A stretch of 62,995 nt of DNA, counting the filler, from Octopus bimaculoides (lineage: Eukaryota): the NCBI RefSeq assembly GCF_001194135.2. It is 5 parts of 5 records of this genome, joined end to end, with 100 filler letters (N's around TTAATTAATTAA, not from the genome) between each part and the next. Parts side by side here need not be neighbours in the genome. Positions count along the whole stretch, not along the records: positions 28,107 to 54,041 come from NC_068989.1; 4 more parts are not named here. The stretch is one strand, 5' to 3'. This document shows, piece by piece, positions 35,031 to 48,735 of the stretch. A program made the translations under genes and the position numbers. Position 1 is the stretch's first letter, and each line of letters opens with the position of its first letter. The notes below the pieces were generated by a model. The model made no database searches, was not told the DNA's origin, and saw only the letters and a program-made list of their open reading frames with translations.

Positions 35031-37595
35031 TATACTTGAAGAAAAAGAAGCAAAATATGCTGTATAGAAATTTGAGAGGACATTCTGTAGATGGACTCTC
35101 AGATGAATGATGGCTGGGCGCCTCTCATGAATGGGGAAAATTGAAGATGTGCCAAAAAGCCTCATTGGTACTTGGAAACTTTTACGAAAATTAAAATGGG
35201 GATTAAATGAAAAAAATGATTTACGTGAATATCCTCACAAGAGTAATTGAAATAAATGGCGATTGTGGAACCCCTCANNNNNNNNNNNNNNNNNNNNNNN
35301 NNNNNNNNNNNNNNNNNNNNNNNNNNNNNNNNNNNNNNNNNNNNNNNNNNNNNNNNNNNNNNNNNNNNNNNNNNNNNNNNNNNNNNNNNNNNNNNNNNNN
35401 NNNNNNNNNNNNNNNNNNNNNNNNNNNNNNNNNNNNNNNNNNNNNNNNNNNNNNNNNNNNNNNNNNNNNNNNNNNNNNNNNNNNNNNNNNNNNNNNNNNN
35501 NNNNNNNNNNNNNNNNNNNNNNNNNNNNNNNNNNNNNNNNNNNNNNNNNNNNNNNNNNNNNNNNNNNNNNNNNNNNNNNNNNNNNNNNNNNNNNNNNNNN
35601 NNNNNNNNNNNNNNNNNNNNNNNNNNNNNNNNNNNNNNNNNNNNNNNNNNNNNNNNNNNNNNNNNNNNNNNNNNNNNNNNNNNNNNNNNNNNNNNNNNNN
35701 NNNNNNNNNNNNNNNNNNNNNNNNNNNNNNNNNNNNNNNNNNNNNNNNNNNNNNNNNNNNNNNNNNNNNNNNNNNNNNNNNNNNNNNNNNNNNNNNNNNN
35801 NNNNNNNNNNNNNNNNNNNNNNNNNNNNNNNNNNNNNNNNNNNNNNNNNNNNNNNNNNNNNNNNNNNNNNNNNNNNNNNNNNNNNNNNNNNNNNNNNNNN
35901 NNNNNNNNNNNNTATATATATATATATATATATATTGATGTTTTCTTCAATAGCTTTCTACGGACTGTTGTTTCAAAATGTTTCTAAGTTGAATATTTTC
36001 CACAGTATGTATGTATGTCATTATTCAGTTTATTTCAAGATTTCTTGCCAATAGAGAAAGAACCAGTTTCTAACCTAGATCCAAGGCTCCTTCATTGGAA
36101 TGTCAACAACATCAACATCTATGTACATGTGAAGTATTTGGAGTCAGCGCATGTGTAGATTTGTATGTTTTGTTTCATGTATGTATTCTCCTGCATATAG
36201 TTGCATGCCTAGTTCAAATCAGTTCAAATTTAAACATGCACACAAAGTAATGACAACGAAGAGTGGATCTATCAGGTATATTTGATACAGTAATTTGTTT
36301 ATGTCAATGATGCTACACTGCCAAGACCAAGTTTAAAAAAAGAAATAACTATATTTACCATAATTTATTATCCCAATTATCATCACTCTTTATAACAAAA
36401 TTCTAATTTCTTTTGTCTTTGGTCAGTAAGTGTTATTTCCTAATTGCTTCTGTCCGGAAATCAAAGGAAATGACTACTATTCCTTTCACGCTTTACTTCT
36501 GTGACCTGGGCGTCAATGTTTTGAAACTGACCTATTTTCCATTACATTTCAGACAGATTCAGTGCTGAGTTGCTGAAGCAGAAATATCGTTATAGCAAAT
36601 ATTCTGCTCAATACCACAGAGTTGTTTGTCAGTTGCTTGACCATAGCCACTTGAGCATCTCCCTTAATGGCTGACAATATGTGCATCTCACCATGAGCAG
36701 AAATAATGGGGGAGCACCATAGTCATGAGTTGAGTAGGATTCTTTGGAGTTTGAAGGAAATATTAGCCATTTTTCATACTTTCTCGGGGTAAACTAATAA
36801 GACAAAAATCGTGACACACAGTATTATTGTTCTGTTTTATTGTGCTACATTCATCATTCTTGTTGCAATGCTTATTAAGAAATATTTGTCCAAACTATCA
36901 AACTGGAACCTATACGATTATGATGGGCTAACAAAGGAGTCCTCTACGTTCTATCCCATTCTGTTAGAAATAGCTCCCTATTCTTTCTCACATAGCACCA
37001 TACTGTTTTAAAACAGCATGACACATATAACGAGATGAGACACTGTTATCATGATTGTAAGACCTCTTTTAAGTTTTCATACGTCAGCTCGATCTTGGTT
37101 GACCTACAGCTGCACAATAACGATATCATCGTATTTGCTTTGCTGTTTCTCTCAATTCTTAATGCATCTGAAAGTAGGCATTGCATAATAGTTACCATTT
37201 ATTTTAACTTACTGGAATTTCCTCTTTTCATCTGTCTATCTTACAGCCACACACATGCGTGTATGTGTGGCGTATGCGTGTATAGTGTGTGCGTGTGAAT
37301 GAGACAGATAGATAGATAGGATGATAGTATAGTTAATATGAAGCACTGTAGGATAAATTTTAATTGTCTGGGAAAGACATGACAATGCAAGCTGGAAATA
37401 AAGGAGTGTTTTCTTCTTTTATTTTGATTTGTTTCTGTTTTACTCTTGTTTCCAACACGAGATTTACTGGTTTTTCCAACTCGAAATTTACTAGTTTACA
37501 GATAATCTAAAATATAGATATTTGCTTACGACTCATCCAGTCTTATCATAGCTCAACTTTACCTTATATATTATATATTATATTATACTATATTC

Positions 37596-37698
<103 letters not shown>

Positions 37699-37699
37699 G

Positions 37700-38075
37700 C
37701 GCAGACTTATTGTTCGAAGACAACTGAGCACAGAACGCCGCCACTGAGATCCAGGTGCCAGCAGAGCAGGAACTGCTTTTCCACTGCCTGCAACAATTTC
37801 GGTCACTCAGTCAGAATCCCAGAAGACAGAGGTCATGTACCAACTTGTCTCGCAGAAGCCGTATGTGGAACCTACTATCATTACTGAAGGGGAAACCCGG
37901 AAGGCAGTCGATAAGTTCACGTACCTCGATAGCACACTCTCCAGTTCTATTAAGTATGAACATTGACGATGGGGTCGACGACAGAAGCTCAGCACTCGGG
38001 CAGCTACGTGAACCAGTGTGGAACAGGAGAGGTGTTAAATTGGCCACAGCTCTAAAGGCACCTTCTTCTTCTTCT
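37700..38075 (+). mobile_element. RTE (BovB-like) RT fragment joined to a (TTC)n tail
   Basis: DLLFEDN*AQNAATE (FADD-derived), KTEVMYQ..KPYVEPTI....RKAVDKFTYLDSTLS and SALGQLREPVWNRRGVKLAT. Confidence 0.85.
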
Positions 38076-38094
38076 TCTTCAGTGAAGTGATGAT

Positions 38095-38320
38095 GACACT
38101 CCGTTAGTTACGACGACGAGGGTTTCTGTTGATTCAATCAACGGAACAGCCTGCTCGTAAAATTAACGTGCAAGTCGCTGAGCACTCCACAGACACGCGT
38201 ACCTTAACGTAGTTCTCAGAGAGACTCAGCGTGACACAGAATGTGATGAGGCTGGCCCTTTGAAATACTGGTACAACTTATTTTTGCCAGCTGAGTGGAC
38301 TGGAACAGCGTGAATAAAGA
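38095..38320 (-). mobile_element. SINE family C fragment
   Basis: caacggaacagcctgctcgtaaaattaacgtgcaagt...cagctgagtggactgg, shared with 56775-57148 and 59310-59606. Confidence 0.8.
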
Positions 38321-38522
38321 AGGAAACATACACTCGAGCGTGTATGAATGTACATGCAGGTATATATGGCTTTATATCACAAATGCAAAATGTTTCATAA
38401 ATGCAACCACAGATTATGTGGCGAGGAGGAAAATAGAATCCTTCATAAACCTTTACGGCTTTTTAAAAAATACAGAGGTTTGTTAATGTAATAATGGTTA
38501 TTACGCAACCGAGTGTGTATAC

Positions 38523-38636
38523 CGACGCAATAGTATACAACGAATAAGTTGAAATTATTATCAACATGTAAATGTCATGGATTAATATGATTAAGCAGAA
38601 AGCATCGACGAAGTTTGCATTTTGCCAGTTTTCCTT
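38523..38636 (-). CDS. Candidate exon KENWQNANFVDAFCLIILIHDIYMLIIISTYSLYTIAS
   Basis: Strong acceptor cctacattttccttcag, moderate donor TCG|GTATAC, phase 0 to 0, hydrophobic; compatible with E1. Confidence 0.3.
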
Positions 38637-39144
38637 CTGAAGGAAAATGTAGGACTTCAATGCGCCTGTCTTAATCAAATTAGTATATCATGTTTACATG
38701 TCAATAATAACTTCTATTTGTCCAATTATTGCATCAGTGTGCACTCATGTTTGCATAATACAGTTTATTACATCAACAAATCAGTGAAATTTTGAAATAG
38801 CTGTGTAAGACAATCTTTTTCCATCGCCATTTATATTTACGATTTGGTTATGTTTATGTAACATCTTTTATAAGTGATATAAATAACATAATGCCACATA
38901 GACTTGTCCACCATTTTATTCTTTCTCTCTTTCCCCACCACTTTCCACATGTATGCATGTATATCTGTATATATACATACATATAGAAAATATATACATA
39001 CATACATACATATAGAAAATATGCATGCATAAATACACACACAAACATACACATATACATAAATATATATACACACACATACATACACACATATATATAT
39101 GCATATGTATATATGTATATATATCTATGTCTATATCTATATGA

Positions 39145-39196
<52 letters not shown>

Positions 39197-39708
39197 GTCT
39201 TTGTCTGTCTGTATGTATGTATGTATATATATATGTAAGAACGACCGTGCGAACCCAAAAGGAGAAATGGTGACGAATGGGCTCCTTCTTTAAACGCGTC
39301 ACACGGTCGAACACAAATATATATAAAATGATAAATATGTTATAATTCTATAACATAGAGAATTCGTAAATGCCAGTAAGGAAGACGATAGGAACACAAC
39401 CGTATGAGATGAATAACAGTAAGATTTATTGTAGCATTAAATTGTATGTCTGTGTGTGAGTGAATGCGACATAATGAAACACAATAAAAGACAGGCCGTC
39501 ATGTAAAGAAAAGAGTGTGNNNNNNNNNNATTGTAGCATTAAATTGTATGTCTGTGTGTGAGTGAATGCGACATAATGAAACACAATAAAAGACAGGCCG
39601 TCATGTAAAGAAAAGAGTGTGTGCGAGTAATACATGTATGTGAATGCGTGAGATACAGAGTTAGATTAGAGTCAGTAACACGGATTAGAATTTAAGATAC
39701 CAGTTCTT

Positions 39709-40334
39709 TGTTAGAGTACACAGTAGTAAGAGTCTGTATATAAGAAGTTAAGGCGTGTGGGGAAGAGCGATCACTAGTTTTGATGTTAGGGCTTCTATGC
39801 CAAGCCGAGTTCTTGAATACAGATGTTCTTCGCAGGCTGGGTTCTTGGCTGTTATTTTTCGTGGTGAAGAAATCACACAAACAGGATCGAAGAGAAGTGC
39901 TGCAGTTAGCTGTTGGTAGCTTGTGTACGTGTAGAGTCATGTTGACGCTGGCGGGGACGATGCTGGTAGTCGTAGTGTCGTGTTGACGCTGGCGGCGATG
40001 CTGGTAGTCTTAGTTGGACGATGGTGTCGATGTCGTCGCTGGAAACTGGCTGGTTGGTTGATGCTGTGTTACGCGTGTGTGGTCAGCGCCGGCCAGATCT
40101 AAGATCTGAGGCGCGACTATTTGCTGGGTATCTAGCAGGGTATTTATAGCTGAAGGTAGGCTCCAGAGAAGCATTAGAAAAACACTATCACGTGACCTTA
40201 TTAGGGGCTACGGTTGGTCAGTTTGCGTTCTGGCGGGAACGGTACGAGGCAGTTGCCGCTTCAAATAATAGTCAGTCATGCGATGGATACAGCAAGCTGC
40301 TCTGCTACGCCCGCGCTTGTTTATATTTATAACA
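39709..40334 (-). mobile_element. 626-bp LTR followed by a PBS-like sequence
   Basis: Inverted termini TGTTA...TAACA; minus-strand TATAAATA near 40140-40147; TGGTATC 6 nt beyond the 3' end; no TSD; ~40-bp internal tandem duplication at about 39940-40020. Confidence 0.6.
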
Positions 40335-40409
40335 GTGGGAAAGAGTGGTGTTCACTANNNNNNNNNNNNNNNNNNNNNNNNNNNNNNNNNNNNNNNNNNN
40401 NNNNNNATA

Positions 40410-40560
40410 AATGAAATTTATAGAAAAACAAACACAAAGACAGGTGTATGAACAACAAGCAAGTGTATTAGTTTGACTCTCGTGAAAATGAAAATGTCTT
40501 TTAAGTTTCGAGCCTATGCTCTTCAACAGAAAGGAATAAGAGGAAAAAATGGAGAGAGAA
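40410..40560 (-). repeat. Diverged copy of the 19138 unit with a hammerhead-like motif at 40497-40533
   Basis: CTTT CTGTTGA A GAGC-ATAG-GCTC GAAA CTTA AAAG; the flank caggtgtatgaacaacaagcaagtgtattagtttgac aligns with the 19.2 kb unit. Confidence 0.65.
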
Positions 40561-40584
40561 AGCTGGTAGATTTAGTGATATTCT

Positions 40585-40909
40585 TTTATTCTTTTACTTG
40601 TTTCAGTCATTTTGACTGCGGCCATGCAGGACTCATTCTTTGTAAGCCTAGTGCTTATTCTATCGGTCTCTTTTGACGAACCGCTAGGTTACGGGGACGT
40701 AAACACACCAACATCGATTGTCAAGCGATGGTGGAGGACAAACACACACTCACACACATATGTATGACGGGATTCTTTTAGTGTTTATCTACCAAGTCCA
40801 CTCACAAGGCTTTGGTCGGCCCGAGGCTATAGTAGAAGATACAATGGGACTGAACCCGGAACCATGTGGTAAGGAAGCAAGCTTCTTACCACACTGCCAC
40901 TCCTGTGCC
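40585..40909 (-). mobile_element. SINE family A with internal deletions
   Basis: Tail, body and head blocks are recognisable. Confidence 0.8.
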
Positions 40910-41014
40910 TAATCAAGGAGAAAAGAATAGGTAAATCATTTTGGCGCATTAATTTACATTTGATTCAGTTTTATGAGTATTGTGATATTATGTAATAATA
41001 TATGCAATGATTCT

Positions 41015-41226
41015 TTTCTACTCAAGGCACAAGGCCCGAAATTTTGGGGGAGGGGCCAGTCGATTAGATCGACCTCAGTACGCAACTGGTACTTAATTTA
41101 TCGACTCCTAAAGGACGAGAGGGAAAGTTGACCTCGGCGGAATTTGAACTCAGAACGTAACGGTAGACAAAATATCGCAAAGCATTTCGCCCGGCGTGCT
41201 AACGTTTCTGCCAGCTCGCCGCCTTA
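41015..41226 (-). mobile_element. SINE family B
   Basis: Near-complete reverse copy ending ctgccagctcgccgcc. Confidence 0.85.
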
Positions 41227-42224
41227 TATATGAAGCTATTGATTCATGCAGTATCATTGACACAAATCGAAATTCAACACTCCAGAATCTTAAATTAGTA
41301 GTTGCATATATTATTGCGTAATATAGCAAAACTCATGAGCTCAATATTTGATGAAACAATTGTAAATTAATGTGTTAAAAGTACTTATTCACCCCATTCT
41401 CTTTGCTTATAATTGCAGAAACTCTACAAAAATTTGTGGATTTTCAGGCACGTATTCAATAAAGCAATCTCCGGATTACTATCTGTTTGATTGCCTGGAC
41501 CTGTGGATGAACGTAATAGAGAAAACTCTAGGTGTTAACATCGGAATGAAATTGTATGTATGTATGTATGTATGTATGTATGTTCTTGTATATNNNNNNN
41601 NNNNNNNNNNNNNNNNNNNNNNNNNNNNNNNNNNNNNNNNNNNNNNNNNNNNNNNNNNNNNNNNNNNNNNNNNNNNNNNNNNNNNNNNNNNNNNNNNNNN
41701 NNNNNNNNNNNNNNNNNNNNNNNNNNNNNNNNNNNNNNNNNNNNNNNNNNNNNNNNNNNNNNNNNNNNNNNNNNNNNNNNNNNNNNNNNNNNNNNNNNNN
41801 NNNNNNNNNNNNNNNNNNNNNNNNNNNNNNNNNNNNNNNNNNNNNNNNNNNNNNNNNNNNNNNNNNNNNNNNNNNNNNNNNNNNNNNNNNNNNNNNNNNN
41901 NNNNNNNNNNNNNNNNNNNNNNNNNNNNNNNNNNNNNNNNNNNNNNNNNNNNNNNNNNNNNNNNNNNNNNNNNNNNNNNNNNNNNNNNNNNNAAAAAAAA
42001 TTATATATGTATGTATGTATATATGTTTACATATGTATATATAGTAGAATAAGATATAGAAAGTCATTGTTACAGTATTATATATTTGAAAAAAATGAAA
42101 AGAAATGGATTTTCTTATAATTCTTCCACTTTAATAATTAGATGTTTATAAGTTTATCTAATTATTAAAGTGGTAAAATTATCAGAAAAACCATTTCTAT
42201 ACATTTTTTCACATATATACACAC

Positions 42225-42263
<39 letters not shown>

Positions 42264-43714
42264 TATGTATGTACAAATGAATAAAATATCCTCAGAATCA
42301 ACTGTTTTAACACCCTCACCTCGTCGTGAACTTCGATATTGCAAATGATTCTATATAAAGGACAAAAATTAAGCAATATCGATCTTTACATCATGTGGAT
42401 CGACATTTGCTGATTTAAAAGGAAAGTGTTGATTTAAAGTAATGTTTATCAGCCGAAGTGGTAGCATCCCCTTGATTGGCTGAGGCAGTGTGAGCTATCA
42501 AAGGGGGCGATATTAGAGGTGCTGCGTGTTTAGAGACGTCAAGATTTTCCTTTGAAATAAAAGGCTAAACCTTTGATACCAACTCAGTTGAAACTGCCCC
42601 TAGCTCTGTAGTATAAATGTCTTGTTTTCATAAGTTTTGAATTAAAATCTTCCACCAAACCTTTGTCGCAGTTTATGTTTCTAACATTAGCTTGATGATA
42701 ACTAAGTTATAATCAAGCTATATTTATTCTGGGTTAGTACGAGACTGGAATACTAGATTAAACATATGCGAGGACTGTGTGGTTATGCCAATAAGAAAGG
42801 GGAATATAAAAATCTTATAAAACTTCTCGAAAGTTCTCTCTAACATGTACTGACTAGACTACTCCATTGCACCAGTGTGGACATGGAGCAGCCATTTCCG
42901 CAGAATAAATACTTTGTTAGATAGTATTAATAATGAAAAATACATTCAAAAGCAAAAAATTTCATTCTGCGATTTGAAAATTTTCAGAAATCTTCAAAAT
43001 GCAATAATCAAGAAAGAAGTGATTAGTGGACATTACGTCTCAAAAACAAATATAAAGCTAGTGCCACAAGAACTTGATAGATTGTCTATGAGTATCAAAC
43101 TCGTAAAGACCGCATTACTCAAGAGAATTACTTATGATTTGTCTTTTTAGAAGTTATTTTTGTTCTTCCTTTCTTCTTTCATTACTCCGTTATTTCAATA
43201 TAAAATAATATCTTTTTTGATACTATTTTTTTTTGTGATTCAACTTTTAAAATTAACTTTGTTTTTTTTCATGTTGTATCTTGAATAAATTTGATATCAA
43301 GTTTTTTTCGTCTTTGATTTTTATTTTCATTCCTAATGAAATGCCTACCACATCTTTACTCTGCAAATAAAATCTTTAAATATTATTTGTTGATGTGTTT
43401 TTAAACAGTTTAAATTATATTCAGCAATGGATTTACACTGCAGATAAAAATCATGAAGACGAATTCAACCGACGATGTATAAGGGTCGTGAGTAATTATG
43501 TTGCGATGAAATTGCATCGACTGGCTATGTATTATAGGAAAGAGACCTAAGCGACATCAGTAATTGAATTTCAATATACAAGACCGTTAGATTATTACCG
43601 ACATTTTCCGTGACGCGTACAATAGCAGAGTTCTAACTCCCAACATAAATAAAAATAATAGTTCTTCCATTAATAAACATCTAAGAATCATTGATACCTA
43701 ACATTCAGATATAT

Positions 43715-44080
43715 AGACAGATGGTGGAAAAGGTAGAGTATTTCCAAGATTTGGATAGTCACTTGTTGCAGTATGCAAATTTTGATGAGAGGATCCAACA
43801 GGGAATAAAATTTGCCAGCGTAATCTTTGGTTGTCTCAGAAGAGGGGCAAAAGGAAATCCTGCTCTGAGGCAAACAACGAAACATGGTATGTGAAGCATT
43901 TATTGTATTCGCTCTCTTGTGTGACTCTGAAACCTGGACAAGTTAGAGGCAATAACCTCATAAGTTGGGAATATACCACCAGTTGTATATGAGGAAAAGC
44001 ATGCACATTCAATAGCAGAACAGATGAAGGATTACCAGCATGCTCGACGAGTAAGCCAATATTGTTTACAAGGAAGACAT
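43715..44080 (+). mobile_element. RTE LINE fragment
   Basis: EKVEYFQDLDSHLLQYANFDERIQQGIKFASVIFGCLR, then LLCDSETWT (GSETWT-like). Confidence 0.7.
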
Positions 44081-44594
44081 GATTACGTGATATCACCTTC
44101 GATGGATATATTGGAAAAAAAAAAAGATGAAATGTTCATAGCTGATATACCTTTGGTCGCAGGTCCTCAGTTAGGGCTGACAAAACGTTAAACGACAACG
44201 AAAACAACATTATAACTAAGACCAATTTCGTCACGAATATCCACAATCATAATCTAAGCAAGCGACGAATGAACCTCTTTATTTGCTATAAATAGCAACC
44301 AAATCGCCCCTGCCGTCTGAAGAAGACGAAGAACAAAATTGGGTAATGTAGCAACAGATACTGAAAAAATAAAGCTCAAGATGGGCAGAACAGACATGTT
44401 TTGGTTATGGACCTGCTTGATCATTATTGATGTGGAGCTATACAATGTAGCAGCAATGGCAGCACCGACAAAGACTAAAATCATTACGTTAGGCTGCAAG
44501 ACTTAACAGATAAGTCTTCCTCAAACCCTACCCTGTCATTTAAAAAAAAACAACAAAGACCCAAATACTCGACATAATTTAGTTCGTGACATAC

Positions 44595-44811
44595 TCTCTT
44601 TACTCTATTTACTCATTTACTTGTTTCAGTCTTTTGACTGCGGCCATGCTGGAGCACCGCCTTTAGTCGAGCAAATCGACCCCAGGACTTATTCTTTTGT
44701 AATCCTAATACTTATTCTATCGGTCTCTTTTGCCGAACCGCTAAGTTACGGGGATGTAAACACACCAGCAGCGGTTGTCAAGCGATGTTGGGGGAACAAA
44801 CACAGACATAC
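44595..44811 (-). mobile_element. SINE family A, 3' half
   Basis: Matches 17028-17240; ends at a gap. Confidence 0.85.
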
Positions 44812-45811
44812 NNNNNNNNNNNNNNNNNNNNNNNNNNNNNNNNNNNNNNNNNNNNNNNNNNNNNNNNNNNNNNNNNNNNNNNNNNNNNNNNNNNNNNNNN
44901 NNNNNNNNNNNNNNNNNNNNNNNNNNNNNNNNNNNNNNNNNNNNNNNNNNNNNNNNNNNNNNNNNNNNNNNNNNNNNNNNNNNNNNNNNNNNNNNNNNNN
45001 NNNNNNNNNNNNNNNNNNNNNNNNNNNNNNNNNNNNNNNNNNNNNNNNNNNNNNNNNNNNNNNNNNNNNNNNNNNNNNNNNNNNNNNNNNNNNNNNNNNN
45101 NNNNNNNNNNNNNNNNNNNNNNNNNNNNNNNNNNNNNNNNNNNNNNNNNNNNNNNNNNNNNNNNNNNNNNNNNNNNNNNNNNNNNNNNNNNNNNNNNNNN
45201 NNNNNNNNNNNNNNNNNNNNNNNNNNNNNNNNNNNNNNNNNNNNNNCAAACAAACACACAGAGATATACAGACACACACACACACACACACACACCAGAA
45301 ATAGGTTATGTCAGACTCCAAAAATAAAACAAGTAAAAAGATCTCGTAGCAAGTTACCTTTGTAGATATATGAAAAGTCATGTTACTGTATAGTCCCAAT
45401 GGAGTAAACTTGTGATCAAAGATGACTAGCCATCACCATACTGTCGATTCTTTAGACATAGTATATCCAGAAAGACATCATTCAATGCATCTTTCCTGAT
45501 TCAAGACAGTGCGGATATGATTTAAGAAGATTTAGCTGCTATTTCTGGAAAACGTTATGATTTTTTAATAGATAGAAAGTGGGGGAAGGTGAGGAGAAAA
45601 ATCAGTGGAAATGATCAGAAAATAATTACTGATTCAATTTTTCCAGAAGAAATAAAAAGAGGAAGGAAGGATTGCTCGTAATTAAAAATGAAAACTATTT
45701 AGCCAACAGAACTAGCTTAATTTTGTTTTAAAGTTATTTCATAAAATTTATGAAATGAAAGAGAAAAAAAAATATTACGATTAGCAAGATTTATCTCTGT
45801 ACCGTTCTATT

Positions 45812-45895
<84 letters not shown>

Positions 45896-46844
45896 GTGTA
45901 TGTTTTTGCTAAATATTTTCTTTTGATTGATGAAAGTGATAAAGTTATAATGCGTAAAAAAAATAATATTACCAAATCCAATAATTCAGCAGAGTTAGCT
46001 CAATCTTATTAAAAATAAAATTATCATTATAGTAATTAATGTTCTAATTTTCAGATTGATTACTACGCAAATTTACAACTGCACTAGTTATCTTAACTTA
46101 CTGTTAATTTTGTCCATGTATTGATTTTGTTGTTGTTGTTGTTGTTTAACCACGGGTAATCCTTGATTAAGTAGCTTTACATTTTTCAGGATGTCCTTTG
46201 ATTTCCCAAAACAGCAGAGTCCGACTACTATGTCTAACAGGTCGAACGGCCACAAAGAAACAAAACTAGAGGCATTGATAATAATTTCTCCATTCTCCTC
46301 GCTTTTTTTTTTCATTTAGGAATATCCACAGCAGTCTGTTACCTCCTTCTGAGATTTTATTGCGTGGACATGAAGGCAGCTCCCTGTTTAGTTAATAGCC
46401 CCGTCTAAGGGGACGAAGCTGTTATATCTTTTATCATTCACTGGCTTCAAGTGATTGGACAGTGGTCAAACAAATCGACACCAGTTCTAATTTTTTTTCG
46501 GTCTGGTACTTATTATATCAGTTTTCTTTGCCGAACCGCCAAGTTTCCTTAAAGATGGGTGGGTTGTGGATTAAATAGCTTTTATCATAGATCTACTCAA
46601 TTTAGGTTGAACTGAAGACAAACAAGAACACATGAATGAGAGCACAATGGATTGTAAAAATGAGAGCCCTCATGAGACTCATATAGCTACACGTACAATA
46701 ATTGAGCTTTCTGACTTACACCACAAAATTAATGACTTATATTTACACCCTCAGTGAAGGACACTGCACAAAGATTTGTAGCCTTCGGAGCTCATCTCGA
46801 CCTTTGCGTCTATACAGATATGTCGACCACTAGCTGTTTCTAGT

Positions 46845-47130
46845 GAGGCTTGCGCTCAGCACTTCTCACATCGTACCGCATAGGTGACGGCGAGCCAACG
46901 ACTCTGGACGTAATCTGCCGCATAAAATATTGCAGAACAAACTTCTGCACAAGTTCGTGGCGCATCATCTCAGCAGGTGGCAACGCCTCAACCTTGATGA
47001 GCAAGACACTCACTCACGTTTGCCTTGCTCCAGTTGATGGAAATCACATCTTTGCACGCATCGGCCAGAGTTTCTTTTCACCACAACTCTAAAGGCACAT
47101 TCTTCTTCTTCTTCTTCTTCTTCTCCTCCT
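46845..47130 (+). mobile_element. RTE 3' end fragment with (TTC)n tail
   Basis: SSWRIISAGG and VCLAPVDGNHIFARIG resemble the RTE C-terminus; the tail cacaactctaaaggcac + (TTC)n is shared with about 38044-38075. Confidence 0.55.
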
Positions 47131-48521
47131 CCNNNNNNNNNNNNNNNNNNNNNNNNNNNNNNNNNNNNNNNNNNNNNNNNNNNNNNNNNNNNNNNNNNNN
47201 NNNNNNNNNNNNNNNNNNNNNNNNNNNNNNNNNNNNNNNNNNNNNNNNNNNNNNNNNNNNNNNNNNNNNNNNNNNNNNNNNNNNNNNNNNNNNNNNNNNN
47301 NNNNNNNNNNNNNNNNNNNNNNNNNNNNNNNNNNNNNNNNNNNNNNNNNNNNNNNNNNNNNNNNNNNNNNNNNNNNNNNNNNNNNNNNNNNNNNNNNNNN
47401 NNNNNNNNNNNNNNNNNNNNNNNNNNNNNNNNNNNNNNNNNNNNNNNNNNNNNTCCTCCCCTCCTTTTTCTTAAATCCATGTTTTACCTGTGAATTTGCG
47501 TGTGTAAACTGGGAATGCATACAACGAGTTTCTCTGCCCTAGTTGTACGGAAAACACTCGGCGAGAAATGGAAGAACATTTGAAGAAAGAAGAAAAAACA
47601 ACATAATAATAATAATAAAATAATAATAATAACAACAACAACAACAACAACAACAATAATAATAATGATCTAGTTATTCTAAATTAACATCTTTCATGTT
47701 TCATATAGTTTTATCATCCAAATTATGTCTTGAAACTTTCACTGAATACACAAAAGAAACAAACCATTTTTCTTTCTTTCCGTTTTCATTCATTCTTTTC
47801 TTTTTTTTTTAAATATATATTTTCTGCGAGTTAATTAGTAATCATGCAAATTGCTTCGTGAAGTTTAATCTATTGATTTCTGCAATTAGCTGCCATTGAT
47901 TAGTATAATTTCTTGCTACTTATTTACATTATCGACCCGGTTGTATCATAAGTCAGGAACTGATTTACACCTGCGCTAATGTAGCACAAGCTAACAAGGA
48001 AACTAACGAAACTCCTATGCACTGGATCAACCTGTTTACTAGAAATAGCGTTAAAAAATTTCCATCAAAACGTAGTTCACTCTCGTATAGAAGAAGGACA
48101 TGTTACATAATACAGTTTTGAATGCTGTGAAAAGAACAAACAAACAAACAAAAGAACTAGAAAGTTATAGGTGAAACGTTTTTGATTTTAGATCTGTTGG
48201 ATCAGGGCTGATATGGGCTCAAGCAACAACGAAATAGCAAGAGAATATCTGAATATCAATTTACACAATATATTTCAACTCTACAATTCTTTATATTGAA
48301 TATTTGCTGATCTGACACATGAAGCTTGCATGATCTGTGCAACACACAGACACAAACACAGACACAGACACAGACACACAGACAGACAGACACACACACA
48401 CACACACACAAACACACACACTATTATTTAGTCTCACAACAGTTATTTAGTCTCACAACTGTTCTGATTGAAAGAAAAAAACTTCCCAGCTGTGATCATC
48501 CATTATTTTTATTTGAACAGG

Positions 48522-48735
48522 TCGGCGAGCTGGCAGAATCGTTAGCACGCTAGGCGAAAAGCTTAGCGGTATTTCGCCCGTCACTACGTTCTGAGTTCGA
48601 ATTCCGCCGAGGTTGACTTTGCCTTTCCTCCTTTCGAGATTGATAAATTAAGTACCAGTTACGCACTGGGGTCGATGTAATCGATTACCCCCTCCCACCA
48701 AATTTCATGCTTTGTGCCTACAGTAGAAAGGATTA
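48522..48735 (+). mobile_element. SINE family B
   Basis: ggcgagctggcagaatcgttagcacg...gagttcgaattccgccgaggttgactttgcctttc. Confidence 0.85.

Noticed and set aside
36055-36100. Hammerhead-like CCAATGA...GAAACTGGTT on the minus strand
   Set aside because: G5 is lost, stem II is displaced and there is no stem I; at most a distant remnant.
39429-39620. Exact ~90-bp direct repeat
   Set aside because: The copies abut a 10-N gap, the signature of unmerged overlapping contig ends.
42870-43150. Possible 3' fragment of an RLE-type LINE (LVKTALLK)
   Set aside because: Similarity is too weak to support by eye.
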